This document shows, one piece after another, positions 45,134-56,249 of a stretch of 64,000 nt of DNA (position 1 is its first letter; each line of letters starts with the position of its first letter). A program made the translations under genes and the position numbers. The notes under the pieces are model-generated. The model was given only the letters and a program-made list of their open reading frames with translations. It ran no database searches and had not been told where the DNA came from. Source of the DNA: Thraustochytrium aureum (taxonomy: Eukaryota); contig BLSG01000137.1 in assembly GCA_012862495.1 (NCBI GenBank), positions 146,586-210,585 on the forward strand, read 5' to 3'.

Positions 45134-46372
45134 ATGGGCGACTGGCTGAAGGGCCTGTTTGGCACGACCGGCGGCGGCGCCGCGCTCGACATGGAGCCGC
45201 TCGAGGCGGTCCAGGCCTCGCTGGAAGACTCGAACATCGCCGGCATCGGCAGCAAGGAGAACCGCGACCTGCGCAAGCTCGTGGCGGAGACCGAGGCCGA
45301 GTTCAAGGGCGCCGGGACCAAGGTCGGCGTCGAGGTGTGGCGCGTCGAGAACAGGCGCAGCGAGAACGACACCCCGCTGTTCGGCGTCCGCCGCTGGCCC
45401 AAGGCCGACTATGGGTCCTTCTTCACGGGCGACGCCTACATGGTCCTCAACACATACCGCCCCAAGGACCCGCTGACCGGCAAGGCCCAAGACAGGCTCG
45501 CATGGGACCTGCACTTTTGGCTCGGCAGCGAGTGCACGCAGGACGAGCGCGGTGTGGCCGCCATTAAGACCGTCGAGCTGGACGACCTCCTGGACGACGG
45601 CCCCGTGCAGCACCGCGAGACCCAGTTTCACGAGTCCAAGCTGTTCCAGAGCTACTTCAAGGAGATCGTGTACATGGACGGCGGCTTCCCGAGCGGGTTC
45701 CGCTCCGTCAAGCCCGAGGAGTACGAGCCGCGCCTCTTCATGGTGCGCACCACGCGCAAGACCACGCGCGCCTTCCAGATCCCCTGCGAGGCCAGCAAGA
45801 TGAACTCTGGCGACGTGTTTGTGCTCGACGCGGGCCTCAAGGTGTACCGCTACATCGGCCCGTCGGCGAGCTTCTTCGAGCGCAACAAGGGCGGCCTCCT
45901 GCAGTCCAACATCGTCTCGAGCCGGAACGGCAAGGCGCGCAAGGCCGAGATCGACCAGGAGTTTTGGGACACGCTCGGCGGGTCCGAGGCTGATGTGCGC
46001 CCCGAGGACGACCCGTTCGTCCCCGAGACCATGAGCTCGACCTTCGCGTCGGATCAAGCCCTCGACACGGGTTCGCTCAAGCTGTTCCGCATCTCGGACG
46101 CCTCTGGCTCGCTCGAGTTTACGCTCGAGGCCGATGGCAAAGAGATCCCGTACCGCCTGCTCGACCCCGACGACGTCTTCATCCTGCACAGCAACGTGGG
46201 CCTCTGGGTCTGGCTCGGTTCCAAGGCAACGCAGCAGGAAAAGTCAAAGTCGATGGAGATTGCTGACGGCTACATCGCCAAGGAGAACCTGCCCGCCTCG
46301 ATGCCGGTCATCGCGATCCGAGAGGACACGGCCATGTCCAACCACCTTTTCACGGCGCTCTTCACCTTTTGA
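45134..46372 (+). CDS. Severin/fragmin-type gelsolin-family actin-severing protein (3 domains)
   Basis: DSNIAGIGS, GVEVWRVE, YGSFFTGDAYMVL, LHFWLGSECTQDE, KTVELDD, PVQHRE, MNSGDVFVLD, LFRISDASG, WVWLGSKA. Confidence 0.95.
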   Translation: MGDWLKGLFGTTGGGAALDMEPLEAVQASLEDSNIAGIGSKENRDLRKLVAETEAEFKGAGTKVGVEVWRVENRRSENDTPLFGVRRWPKADYGSFFTGDAYMVLNTYRPKDPLTGKAQDRLAWDLHFWLGSECTQDERGVAAIKTVELDDLLDDGPVQHRETQFHESKLFQSYFKEIVYMDGGFPSGFRSVKPEEYEPRLFMVRTTRKTTRAFQIPCEASKMNSGDVFVLDAGLKVYRYIGPSASFFERNKGGLLQSNIVSSRNGKARKAEIDQEFWDTLGGSEADVRPEDDPFVPETMSSTFASDQALDTGSLKLFRISDASGSLEFTLEADGKEIPYRLLDPDDVFILHSNVGLWVWLGSKATQQEKSKSMEIADGYIAKENLPASMPVIAIREDTAMSNHLFTALFTF

Positions 46373-46386
46373 TTTTTGATGGCGCC

Positions 46387-46413
46387 GCACGCACGCACGC
46401 ACGCACGCACGCA
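46387..46413. repeat. (GCAC)n microsatellite; related (GGCA)n tracts at about 95-112, 47005-47032 and both edges of the 55027-55403 gap
   Basis: Seen directly in the sequence. Confidence 0.85.
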
Positions 46414-47249
46414 CCATGAACACCAGCAACCAACCGCACAAAACCCAAACGAGAAGGAAGCCCAACTGCCCTTTCCGCGACCAACCCGCTCACCTCGCGG
46501 CGCGGCCTGACACCACCCGCTGCACATCGGCGCGGCTGCCTCCAGCGCCGCTCCACAGTGCCCGCACCGCCGTCAAAACGCCGCTCGCATTCCGCCCTTC
46601 GTCGCCCTCGCGCCAAAGTTCCCCCGAAGCCCCCTTTCGCGCGGAGGGAACAAAAGAACCTTGTCCAAAAAGCGGCTTCCCCACACAAAACGCCCCAGGC
46701 AAAACCCGGACTTCTTCCGCCAAAAGTGTGCATGCGAGGTTTCCCCGAGAGAGCCCTGCTGCAGAGGGCGCCTCAGGACGGAGAGCGGATCGAGAGAGGG
46801 GGGCGCGCACGCAGCAGTCAGCAGGGGAAGAGGTGGAGCAGGGAGGCACTGCGGAAGAGAGAGGGGGAGGGNNNNNNNNNNNNNNNNNNNNNNNNNNNNN
46901 NNNNNNNNNNNNNNNNNNNNNNNNNNNNNNNNNNNNNNNNNNNNNNNNNNNNNNNNNNNNNNNNNNNNNNNNNNNNNNNNNNCGTGAGTGCAGGCGGGCA
47001 AGGAAGGCAGGCAGGCAGGCAGGCAGGCAGGCACGGAGCAGGGGCAGACGCGCATCGAAGGAAGACGGCGAGTGCAGCAGGCCGGCCGGAGCTGCCGCTC
47101 CCAGGGACGCGCTCGAGGAGCTGGGCCTGGCTGCTGGGCGGATCCGGTCAGCAGAGTGCAGGCGGGATCCACGCAGACGCCCGTGGGGTACTCGCTCGCT
47201 TGGCGGGCTGGGAAGAGATAGGCTCGCTCTGGCGCGAAAGGGGCGCGGG

Positions 47250-49408
47250 ATGGACGACAGGCGACGCAGCGGCGGGCACGCGGCTGACACGGCGGGCACG
47301 CTGCAGCATATGACGAATGAGCTGCTGGAGACGCATGGGATGCTCAAGATACGCAGGGCGAGCCGCCTGGCGGACGCCGCGCGGAGGAGCAGCTTTGGGC
47401 TGCAGCACGACGATCTCAGCGACTTGTTCAGCATGGTCTTCGATGAGACCGCAGTGAGCGTCAACGTATCCGACGAGTGTGGGCCCCGTGGCGGCGTCGA
47501 AAACTCGCCCTTTTCCCACAGCAGCGCCTCACACTCGTCGTACCACTATGCACGCGAAGAAGACCCACGCACCACCGACAGCCCCTACTCTGCCTCGGCG
47601 TCCTCCAGCCCAGCACCATACGCACCGCAGAGCCCACACGCCCCGTTTGAACAGTACGGCAGCTCAAGTTACGAGCCCGAACACCTCAGGCAGCGCGGCC
47701 ACGCCCAAATGCAGTCCAGCGCAATAGACCAAACGCGGGCACTCGGGTGCCAGGCACGAGCAGCAGCAACAGCAGCAGCAGCAACGCGCTGACCAACCGA
47801 GCAGGGTTGCGCAACCGTTCGGGTACGCGGCCCTGCGCGAGCAAGAAAAGCAGAAACGAGACTCGGGCGAGGCAGCAGCGGCCCCGGTGCAGGTTGTCCA
47901 AGACGAGGAAGCAGCGCAGATCGCCGCCGCTGCCGCCACGGGGAGTGGGCGGTGGCACGAGATCGCAAACCCAAACGTGCCGACGGGGGAAAACAGCTCT
48001 CTCGAGGTGTTCCTGAGCTATTGCCGGTACTATCGCGATTCTACAAACCCAAACAAGGCCTTCGTGGACGCTCGGGGGATCCTCTCCAGAGCCTGCTTCG
48101 AGGAGTGGCTCGGGACAAGACAGCGCGCCCTGAAACGGCCGGAGGAATCCTTTCGCAAGACCGTCACAGCGCACACACAGGGCACGGACGGGCGCAAGGC
48201 GTTTCCGCCCGAGGTGGAGAAGTCCATGCTGGTCGAGCTCCGCAAGCAAACAGTCTGGCCTTGCTTCAAAGACCGCGTGTACCCGAACGGCGAGCGAATC
48301 AATATCGGCCTCCAGGGCTTTCGCGGGTTGGGCTACCACGAGAAGAAGGAGGCGCCAGACCTTGCGCGAAAGCAGAAAAAAGTGGGCGGCGCCAAGTCCA
48401 CCAAGCCCAAAACGGCCGACCTCTTCCCTGCGCAGGCCGCCGCCGCCGCTGCCCAGCTTGACGCGAGCGACAACGACGCGCAATCGGGCTCCGGGGCCGC
48501 AAAGCGCAAGCGGGTCAAGCAGTTTTCGGGCGACAGCGAGCCGACCGGGGAGGAGCGCGGCCAGGAGCGCGTTATCAGCAATATGCACGAATGGCGCCGC
48601 AACCCGTCCCTGATCAGGCTGACGGCGGACAAGCTGCAAGTCCCGTACGACGAGCTCTTTGGGAGCAACCCCAAGTTCAAGGACGTCTTCGACTCGGACT
48701 CTGTTGACCACGTGCTGCATGTCCTCGGCCAGGAAGTCAAGCCCCGGACCATTCGCGCGGCCGTGCTTGTGGTAATGACGCGGTTTTTCAAGCCGCACCA
48801 GTTCCTGTCGCTGATGAGCATCTGCTCGGCCATGAACCAAGAGAACATCTTTTCGCAGGACGTGCTCGGCCTCGACCTGTCCATCCGCGACATCCGCTTT
48901 GACCCCAAGTTTCTGCTGCCCAAGGAGGGCATGCTGCCCGACCTGCCCGTGGCGCAAAACATCTTCTGCCTGAACACCTACATGTACATATCGGCGGACG
49001 CAAACTCGCGCGAGATGCTCGAGGGCTCGGTGCTGGGCAGTTTACCGCAGCAGTACGTCCACCCCCTGCAGTTCTGGATGATTGTGCTCCACGTCATGCC
49101 GCGTCTCATGCAGACTGGCGAGCTCCTTTGGCAGGTCCTTTCCACAACCATGCGCGGCCGCCCGATCATCACGCGCACGCTTTACAAGATTGTGGGCTCT
49201 ACAATTCAGACGACCTTTCAGGACGTGACGCACCTCTATCCGGAGATCATGGCCCTACCCCGTAAGTTTTCACCTTGAACGACGCGCCATTGCGCGCCTG
49301 AGTGTGGTCCGCTGACGTGTGCTTCGCTCATACGCCGCCTGCCGCGTTGCCACAGCCCTGGACGAGATTGTGGAGGCGTTCATTGCGCAGCGCAGGCTAG
49401 GCGTTTGA
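47250..49408 (+). CDS. Unknown protein: low-complexity/poly-Q N-terminus, basic central domain, PAS-like C-terminus (frameshift near 47740; intron 49262-49355)
   Basis: ORFs 46416-47792 and 47887-49278 join via HEQQQQ. A GTAAGT...GCTGAC...CAG intron gives an in-frame last exon ALPPLDEIVEAFIAQRRLGV*. Confidence 0.75.
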
Positions 49409-49834
49409 GCCAGCGCTGGTGCCGTTGTTCGAGCCGGGCAGCGCGCTGCTGGTGGGCGACTGCTGCGGCGCCCTGCGCTCTAGCTGCGCTCGTGTGTTTG
49501 TGTGTGTTTGCTGGCAGCAACTGGAGCGGTCTGCGCGCCTGTCGCGCGCCCGCTCGGTTCGCCGCCATGGGAGGGATCTGGTGGGCAGGCTCACCAGCGC
49601 TCGAGCGGTGCGGCTTTGTTCGAGCGCTGGTTAGGGCGAACTCCAAGCCATTTGTACTAAAGTGAAGATTGCGCTCAACGTGTTGCAACATGTAGCAAGG
49701 CCAAAACGCGTAAAGTAAACTGCAATGTTGGTTTTTTGAAGGCCGGACACCTTCCAATAGGGCAAAGTTGGGTGGCGGCGACAGCGACCTGCAAGGCGCA
49801 CCTCGCTCGCGCACAACTACTACCTACCTCGAGG

Positions 49835-51517
49835 CTACGAGCCCACGGGCGGTTTCTTGGCCAAGATCGTGCCGGCAGCCAGTGCAGGCCTCAGCACCGT
49901 CCGCCGACGCTGACCCAGCGTTTTGCTTACCGCGAGCGTCGCTCGATCCATGTCGACAAGCCAAACGATGGGAATGGAGAGCACAAAGAAACCCGAGAGA
50001 CTAAACATGGCCAGGTCCAAGTTCCCCGTCGACTCGTTGATAACCGTGTAGATGAGCGAGGGCGCCCACGCTATCACCTTGGCTNNNNNNNNNNNNNNNN
50101 NNNNNNNNNNNNNNNNNNNNNNNNNNNNNNNNNNNNNNNNNNNNNNNNNNNNNNNNNNNNNNNNNNNNNNNNNNNNNNNNNNNNNNNNNNNNNNNNNNNN
50201 NNNNNNNNNNNNNNNNNNNNNNNNNNNNNNNNNNNNNNNNNNNNNNNNNNNNNNNNNNNNNNNNNNNNNNNNNNNNNNNNNNNNNNNNNNNNNNNNNNNN
50301 NNNNNNNNNNNNNNNNNNNNNNNNNNNNNNNNNNNNNNNNNNNNNNNNNNNNNNNNNNNNNNNNNNNNNNNNNNNNNNNNNNNNNNNNNNNNNNNNNNNN
50401 NNNNNGTCGAGCTTTCGTTTCCCGCTCCCGTCATGTTTAGCGCGTTCTCCAAAGCGACCTGCTCGCCAGACACCACCCACGGCGTCGACAGCGAGCACAC
50501 TGTCCAGAGTGCGAGCGAAAGGAGCAGGGTGTGCTTGATCCCAAATCGCTGCTGGAGCATTTGCGTGAGAAACGCGCTTGGGGCGGAGACGAGGACAACC
50601 ACGATACTGAGAACCGAAATCTCCGCGCCAGTGTAGCCCACCGCGTTTTGCAAAAAACCAGTCGCAAGCACGATCAAGTTGCCGACCGCAGGCAGAAACA
50701 GGCTGTATGCGACGAGAAAAAGCGAAACGTCCACGTACTCGCGCCAGATCAGGCGGGCGATCTTGACGATTCCGCCGCGCTGCGCAGGCATGGCCTGGAT
50801 AATATTTCCATGTGCACAACTTGGCGCCACGGTCGAGCTGTGGGCGCCCAAGGCCATCGTCCTTTCAAGAACAAGCAGGGCGCGAAGCCCGGGCAGGGAG
50901 AAAACAACCCAAAGAGCGAACACGCCGATCGCGGCCGCGACACCGAGCTCCTTGTCGTTGAGCGCCACGACGCTGCTGACGACTGTGACGATCCCAGCGA
51001 GCGCAATCCCCGTCAACGCTGCAACGAACGAGTTCAAGCTGGTCAGCCGCGTGATGCCAGTCTCACCATGTGCAATCTCTGGCAGGTAGGCCATATGCAG
51101 CACTCCTGACACCTCCACCGTGACGGAAACCAAGCAGAGCGTTGCAAAGTACACGATCAGCTCCGTGTTGGTGTCTGTCTCAAAGTTGCTGATGTAGAGC
51201 GCACCGACTAGCACCAGGCCGGCCCAGAGGCTGTGCGCGAGAACGAGCGCCTGGAATCGCACCGACGAACCGTCAAGCATGGTCCCAACCAGCGGCACGA
51301 CGCAGAGGTCGAGAACCAGCGTCAGCGACACGAATAGAGCAACAACGGAGCTTGCGTTGAGCAGCCCATCGAAAATAGTGCCGCAGTCGTCGGCGATGGC
51401 ATTCGCAAGATAGTTGAGCACCAAGCTGTTGTACAGAGCCGCGTTGATACCCTGGCCGCCGCGCGACGCCCCAATCGCGACAAACGCTTGAGAATCGAGC
51501 CGAACGCACGACACCAT
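49835..51517 (-). CDS. MFS transporter, ATG22/UMF1-like (internal gap)
   Basis: About 12 TM helices, PLVGTMLDGS, HMAYLPEI, RFGIKHTL, KVIAWAPSLIYTVINE. Confidence 0.75.
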   Translation of the reverse strand: MVSCVRLDSQAFVAIGASRGGQGINAALYNSLVLNYLANAIADDCGTIFDGLLNASSVVALFVSLTLVLDLCVVPLVGTMLDGSSVRFQALVLAHSLWAGLVLVGALYISNFETDTNTELIVYFATLCLVSVTVEVSGVLHMAYLPEIAHGETGITRLTSLNSFVAALTGIALAGIVTVVSSVVALNDKELGVAAAIGVFALWVVFSLPGLRALLVLERTMALGAHSSTVAPSCAHGNIIQAMPAQRGGIVKIARLIWREYVDVSLFLVAYSLFLPAVGNLIVLATGFLQNAVGYTGAEISVLSIVVVLVSAPSAFLTQMLQQRFGIKHTLLLSLALWTVCSLSTPWVVSGEQVALENALNMTGAGNESSXXXXXXXXXXXXXXXXXXXXXXXXXXXXXXXXXXXXXXXXXXXXXXXXXXXXXXXXXXXXXXXXXXXXXXXXXXXXXXXXXXXXXXXXXXXXXXXXXXXXXXXXXXXXAKVIAWAPSLIYTVINESTGNLDLAMFSLSGFFVLSIPIVWLVDMDRATLAVSKTLGQRRRTVLRPALAAGTILAKKPPVGS

Positions 51518-52300
51518 GGTGCTTTCTTTCTGCCTGCCTGCTGCAACCTGGCCTGGCCTGCTACGGAGCTGCACCACCTTTGGCGGGCCGCGCGCTGCAA
51601 GGCCGGTCGCCCTGTTCGCGGCCAGACGTTTCCTTCCTCCGCACCCCCGATCCACGATTCGGACGGCCTCGCGCAAGCTGGGCTGCGCGCTGCCCGGTCG
51701 AAAACCGAGTCTACGAAACCCTCTTGGTGATTTGAGCTGCGACTCAACGGCTCTAGCGGCCAAAAACAACAAGCCTAAGAGAGCTCGCAGCTGATGCGGA
51801 GTTTGCGGCTCATAGATGCCTTGGGGCATGCACAGTCCCGAGTTTTCAAGAGGTGCGTGCGGCTGCCAGCTGGGTACGCCTGGCGAACACGTTGCGAGCC
51901 CGGAGTCGTTGACTCCACTGTCAAGAAGCGATCACTTGTATTTCCCTTTTTCCCTACCTCACTGCTGAGAACGGTACGTCCTGGCTCTCAGCGAACCCGC
52001 GCGGATGCGTTGAGCGTCTGGTTCAACGCAATGAGGTGGATCTGCGGAAAGGCGCGGCCCCATTCACAAGTTGCTTCGGACACCGTCGCTGCTGTCCAGA
52101 GAGAGCCGTGGCCACCGTTTTCGCGAAAGGTTGGACTTTTTTACCACCGAAAGCAATTCCCTTGATCGCAGGCGCCGCGCTGTGCGTAGGTGTCTTGATC
52201 TCCAATTCGTGTCAAAGCGCCCTCTGTGCGTTTTTCCGTGGGCGGACAAAATCGTTAAACCCATTCGCACCCATACTTACGCACCAAACTAAAGAACGGG

Positions 52301-52432
52301 CTAAATACAAGCTTTCACTGCCCCAATCTGCAGTCATTACTGAACACGGGACGGCGCGGCTGATCGAAGCAAACCGCTGGCGCTTCCGCTAAGCCCTTTG
52401 CGCGGATGCAAGCCAAGACCTTATACGCAAGG
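52301..52432 (-). pseudogene. Degenerate duplicate of the 3' end of the adjacent cytochrome b5 gene
   Basis: gcagtcattactgaacacgggacggcgcggctgatc...aaaccgct...cctttgcgcggatg aligns with 52487-52560 gcagccattactgaacacgggacgacgcggccgatc...aaaccgct...cctttgcgcgaatg, with indels. Confidence 0.75.
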
Positions 52433-52461
52433 ATGACAAGACGAAAAATGGTGGTTGTTCG

Positions 52462-52903
52462 CTACAAAATTGCACAGCCCTCCTCAGCAGCCATTACTGA
52501 ACACGGGACGACGCGGCCGATCACAAACCGCTCCCACATTCGCTTGCCTTTGCGCGAATGAAAATCGAGGTCTTCAGCGCAATCATGGCATCCGCCTGCA
52601 CGGCGCGCCAAAGCGCGCCTCCCACCAGGGTGCTCGTGCAAGTACAGCGTGACGTCATAGACAATGCCTCGCGCCACGATCCAAAGGTCGTCTTCGCGGT
52701 TGTGCTGCTTGATCTCGCACATCGTCAGTTGCAGATGGGCGCCGCTCCCGCGCCGCGTCCCATTCACCGAGCAGGCACGGCAAATCCCGACATCCGCGCG
52801 GACGCCCGGACCCTGAGAGCAAGCGGGAGCTGCTGCGACGGTGGCCGCCGACCGCTGCGCGGACGCTACTGCATCCGCAGCCGCGTTCCTATTGTTACAG
52901 TTT
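52462..52903 (-). CDS. Cytochrome b5-like heme-binding domain protein ending in CaaX (frame open up to the gap)
   Basis: LTMCEIKQHN..DDLWIV..GIVYDVT.YL.EHPGG...DFHS, C-terminus GCAIL*. Confidence 0.9.
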
Positions 52904-53705
52904 NNNNNNNNNNNNNNNNNNNNNNNNNNNNNNNNNNNNNNNNNNNNNNNNNNNNNNNNNNNNNNNNNNNNNNNNNNNNNNNNNNNNNNNNNNNNNNNNN
53001 NNNNNNNNNNNNNNNNNNNNNNNNNNNNNNNNNNNNNNNNNNNNNNNNNNNNNNNNNNNNNNNNNNNNNNNNNNNNNNNNNNNNNNNNNNNNNNNNNNNN
53101 NNNNNNNNNNNNNNNNNNNNNNNNNNNNNNNNNNNNNNNNNNNNNNNNNNNNNNNNNNNNNNNNNNNNNNNNNNNNNNNNNNNNNNNNNNNNNNNNNNNN
53201 NNNNNNNNNNNNNNNNNNNNNNNNNNNNNNNNNNNNNNNNNNNNNNNNNNNNNNNNNNNNNNNNNNNNNNNNNNNNNNNNNNNNNNNNNNNNNNNNNNNN
53301 NNNNNNNNNNNNNNNNNNNNNNNNNNNNNNNNNNNNNNNNNNNNNNNNNNNNNNNNNNNNNNNNNNNNNNNNNNNNNNNNNNNNNNNNNNNNNNNNNNNN
53401 NNNNNNNNNNNNNNNNNNNNNNNNNNNNNNNNNNNNNNNNNNNNNNNNNNNNNNNNNNNNNNNNNNNNNNNNNNNNNNNNNNNNNNNNNNNNNNNNNNNN
53501 NNNNNNNNNNNNNNNNNNNNNNNNNNNNNNNNNNNNNNNNNNNNNNNNNNNNNNNNNNNNNNNNNNNNNNNNNNNNNNNNNNNNNNNNNNNNNNNNNNNN
53601 NNNNNNNNNNNNNNNNNNNNNNNNNNNNNNNNNNNNNNNNNNNNNNNNNNNNNNNNNNNNNNNNNNNNNNNNNNNNNNNNNNNNNNNNNNNNNNNNNNNN
53701 NNNNN

Positions 53706-54812
53706 GCCGCCGGCCCGCACTTTGGTAAACTCCGCGCGGGCCTTGAAGGTTGCGCGGCGGATCCGGTCTCGCTTCGCCTTGTCTTCGGCCGCTTGGCGTG
53801 GGTCGTCCTTGCTCAGTACGAGCCGCGTCTCGTCGTCCAAGTCTGGCGAGGCTTCCTCGATGGCCTGCTCGTCCAGGTCCGATTTGACGCGCTGCAGAAA
53901 CGCTGCCTCATCCACGGCGGGGACGGGCTCGCGGTCCGGCGGCAGATCATGCAAGAGATCGTCCAGCCAGTTGAAGCACTCCTCTGCGGAGGGCCGGTCG
54001 GTGGCCTCGTCTGCCACGCATTCGTTGCAGAGCAGGAAGAACGATTCTGGCGGACTGACCGCGTCGCACGCCGCCTTGAGCTCGGCTTTGTCCACAGTGA
54101 ACCCGTGGATGGGCTGTCGATCGAGAAACTTGTCGCTCCGGCCGGGAATCTTGCGCGTGATTATCTCCGCCAGGACGATGCCAAACCCGAAGATGTCTGC
54201 CTTGTTGTCGTAAGGCATCCCGAAGATGACCTCCGGGGCCATGAACTCGTCCGTGCCGCACATGGTCATTGGGCGCGCGCCAGGCGCCTTTGTGGTGTTT
54301 CGTGCAAAGCCAAAGTCGCAGAGCTTCGGGCTTAGTTCGCCGGAAAGGAGGATGTTTTCGGTCTTGATGTCGCGGTGGATGAGCTCGCGCTCGTGCAGGT
54401 AGGTGATGGCCTCGGCGGTCCCCTGCGCGATGCGGGCGCGCAGCTTCCAGCCAAGCGGGCTCTTGCTCTGCAGCAGCCGACGCAGGTCGCCGCCTGGGCA
54501 GTACTCGGTTGCGATGTAGATGGTCTCCGCGTCGGCCCTGCAGGCCCCTATGTACATGACCAGCCCGCGGTGGTTGCATCGCCGCAGGATGGAGAGCTCC
54601 TTGCGGATATAGCGCTCCAGGTCGGCGTCGGCGATCTTTTGCTTTTTGATCGCCATGGGCATCCCGTCATACAAGGCCTTGTGCACTGTGCTGAACGCGC
54701 CCTTCCCGAGCTCTTGCATCAGCTTGATCTTGCTCTTGTCAAGCGTAAAGTCCGCATCCTGGAACTCTCCCAGCGGCACCATCGACACGGGTCTTTTCTT
54801 GGCATCTCCCAT
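53706..54812 (-). CDS. TKL protein kinase, LIMK/TESK-like (3' end in gap)
   Basis: LGKGAFSTV, AIK, IHRDIKTEN, CDFGFAR, CGTDEFMAPE, ADIFGFGIVLAEII. Confidence 0.93.
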
Positions 54813-56249
54813 CCTGCTCCGCGCAGCGCGCGCGGCCGGCTGCAACGCGCAGCGCCGCCGACCGCGTCCACCTGGCCCGTCGCCGCCGGCCTTCTTGCGC
54901 TCGCACCAGACCGCCGAGCGTGAGCGCACTTGGCTCTGTGAAACGTTGCTCTGCGACGCTCGCCACGAAACCCCAGCGCCTGCTGCTGCCCAGTGCTGCT
55001 CGACTCGGCACGCAGGCAGGCAGGCANNNNNNNNNNNNNNNNNNNNNNNNNNNNNNNNNNNNNNNNNNNNNNNNNNNNNNNNNNNNNNNNNNNNNNNNNN
55101 NNNNNNNNNNNNNNNNNNNNNNNNNNNNNNNNNNNNNNNNNNNNNNNNNNNNNNNNNNNNNNNNNNNNNNNNNNNNNNNNNNNNNNNNNNNNNNNNNNNN
55201 NNNNNNNNNNNNNNNNNNNNNNNNNNNNNNNNNNNNNNNNNNNNNNNNNNNNNNNNNNNNNNNNNNNNNNNNNNNNNNNNNNNNNNNNNNNNNNNNNNNN
55301 NNNNNNNNNNNNNNNNNNNNNNNNNNNNNNNNNNNNNNNNNNNNNNNNNNNNNNNNNNNNNNNNNNNNNNNNNNNNNNNNNNNNNNNNNNNNNNNNNNNN
55401 NNNGGCAGGCAGGCGGGCAGACCGGCAGGCCGTCACGATGAGCACATGTTCTGTTCCAGTTGATTGAATCATCGTCATGCAGCAGCTCCTGCCTGCGCTT
55501 GCACATTTCTCCTCCTCTCTTGCCCAATCGCACACCGCCGGAGCATCTTCTCGCGGCCGACCTCGTCGTCGACCGCCCGGCCGTCTCGGGCAAACACGGG
55601 CGCGGCGGCGCTGCTGCGCGGCGCTCGCGGGCAAACCGGCGCAGACTTGGAGTTTTTTCAAGATGGACTGGACGCTTCTGCGCCGAAAGCGCCGGCCGTA
55701 GCTCGAGCTAAGTAGTAGCTGTACCTCCGCTCGCTCGTCACTGCCGCTGGCCAGGAGGACGAGCGCCTTGCCAGTCACGGGTCACGGCGATGATGGCTGG
55801 CTTGGTTTTTTTTCCATCTTTTTCTCTTCTGTCTGGGCTTTGTTCAAGACTTGCGCCACATCGCAAAGAATTCAGCTGCCGCGTGCGTGGCCAGCACGGG
55901 GAAACAGCGGCCCGCGAGCAAGAGTGTGCGCATGCGACAGACTCGGACGCCATCTCGCGGCGTGCGTGTCGCCGAGAGGCCACAAAAGGCTCGCCGGCCT
56001 CGACTCGGTGTTTTTGGCAATCCAGTCCATCGGCAACTTTGATTTTAGAGGGGCAGGGAATTGTAGAGGGATTAATGTCCGTTGCTTGCGTTGGGCGTGT
56101 CGAGCGAGCGGCTCCTGCAGGTCCGTGCAGCGGCGGCAGCGGCGCGAGGCCGGCCAGGGCCGGGCGCGCTGGACGGTGCTCTACGTACGGTTTGATTGGG
56201 CAGTGTTTCTTCTTCTTCGCTTCGCTTCCTGGGGCGCAGCTGCAATAGC

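Noticed and set aside
44912..46189. Long antisense ORFs opposite severin, aminopeptidase P, formin, hydrolase and the 47-49 kb gene
   Set aside because: Expected shadow ORFs from high GC and codon bias, with no protein motifs.
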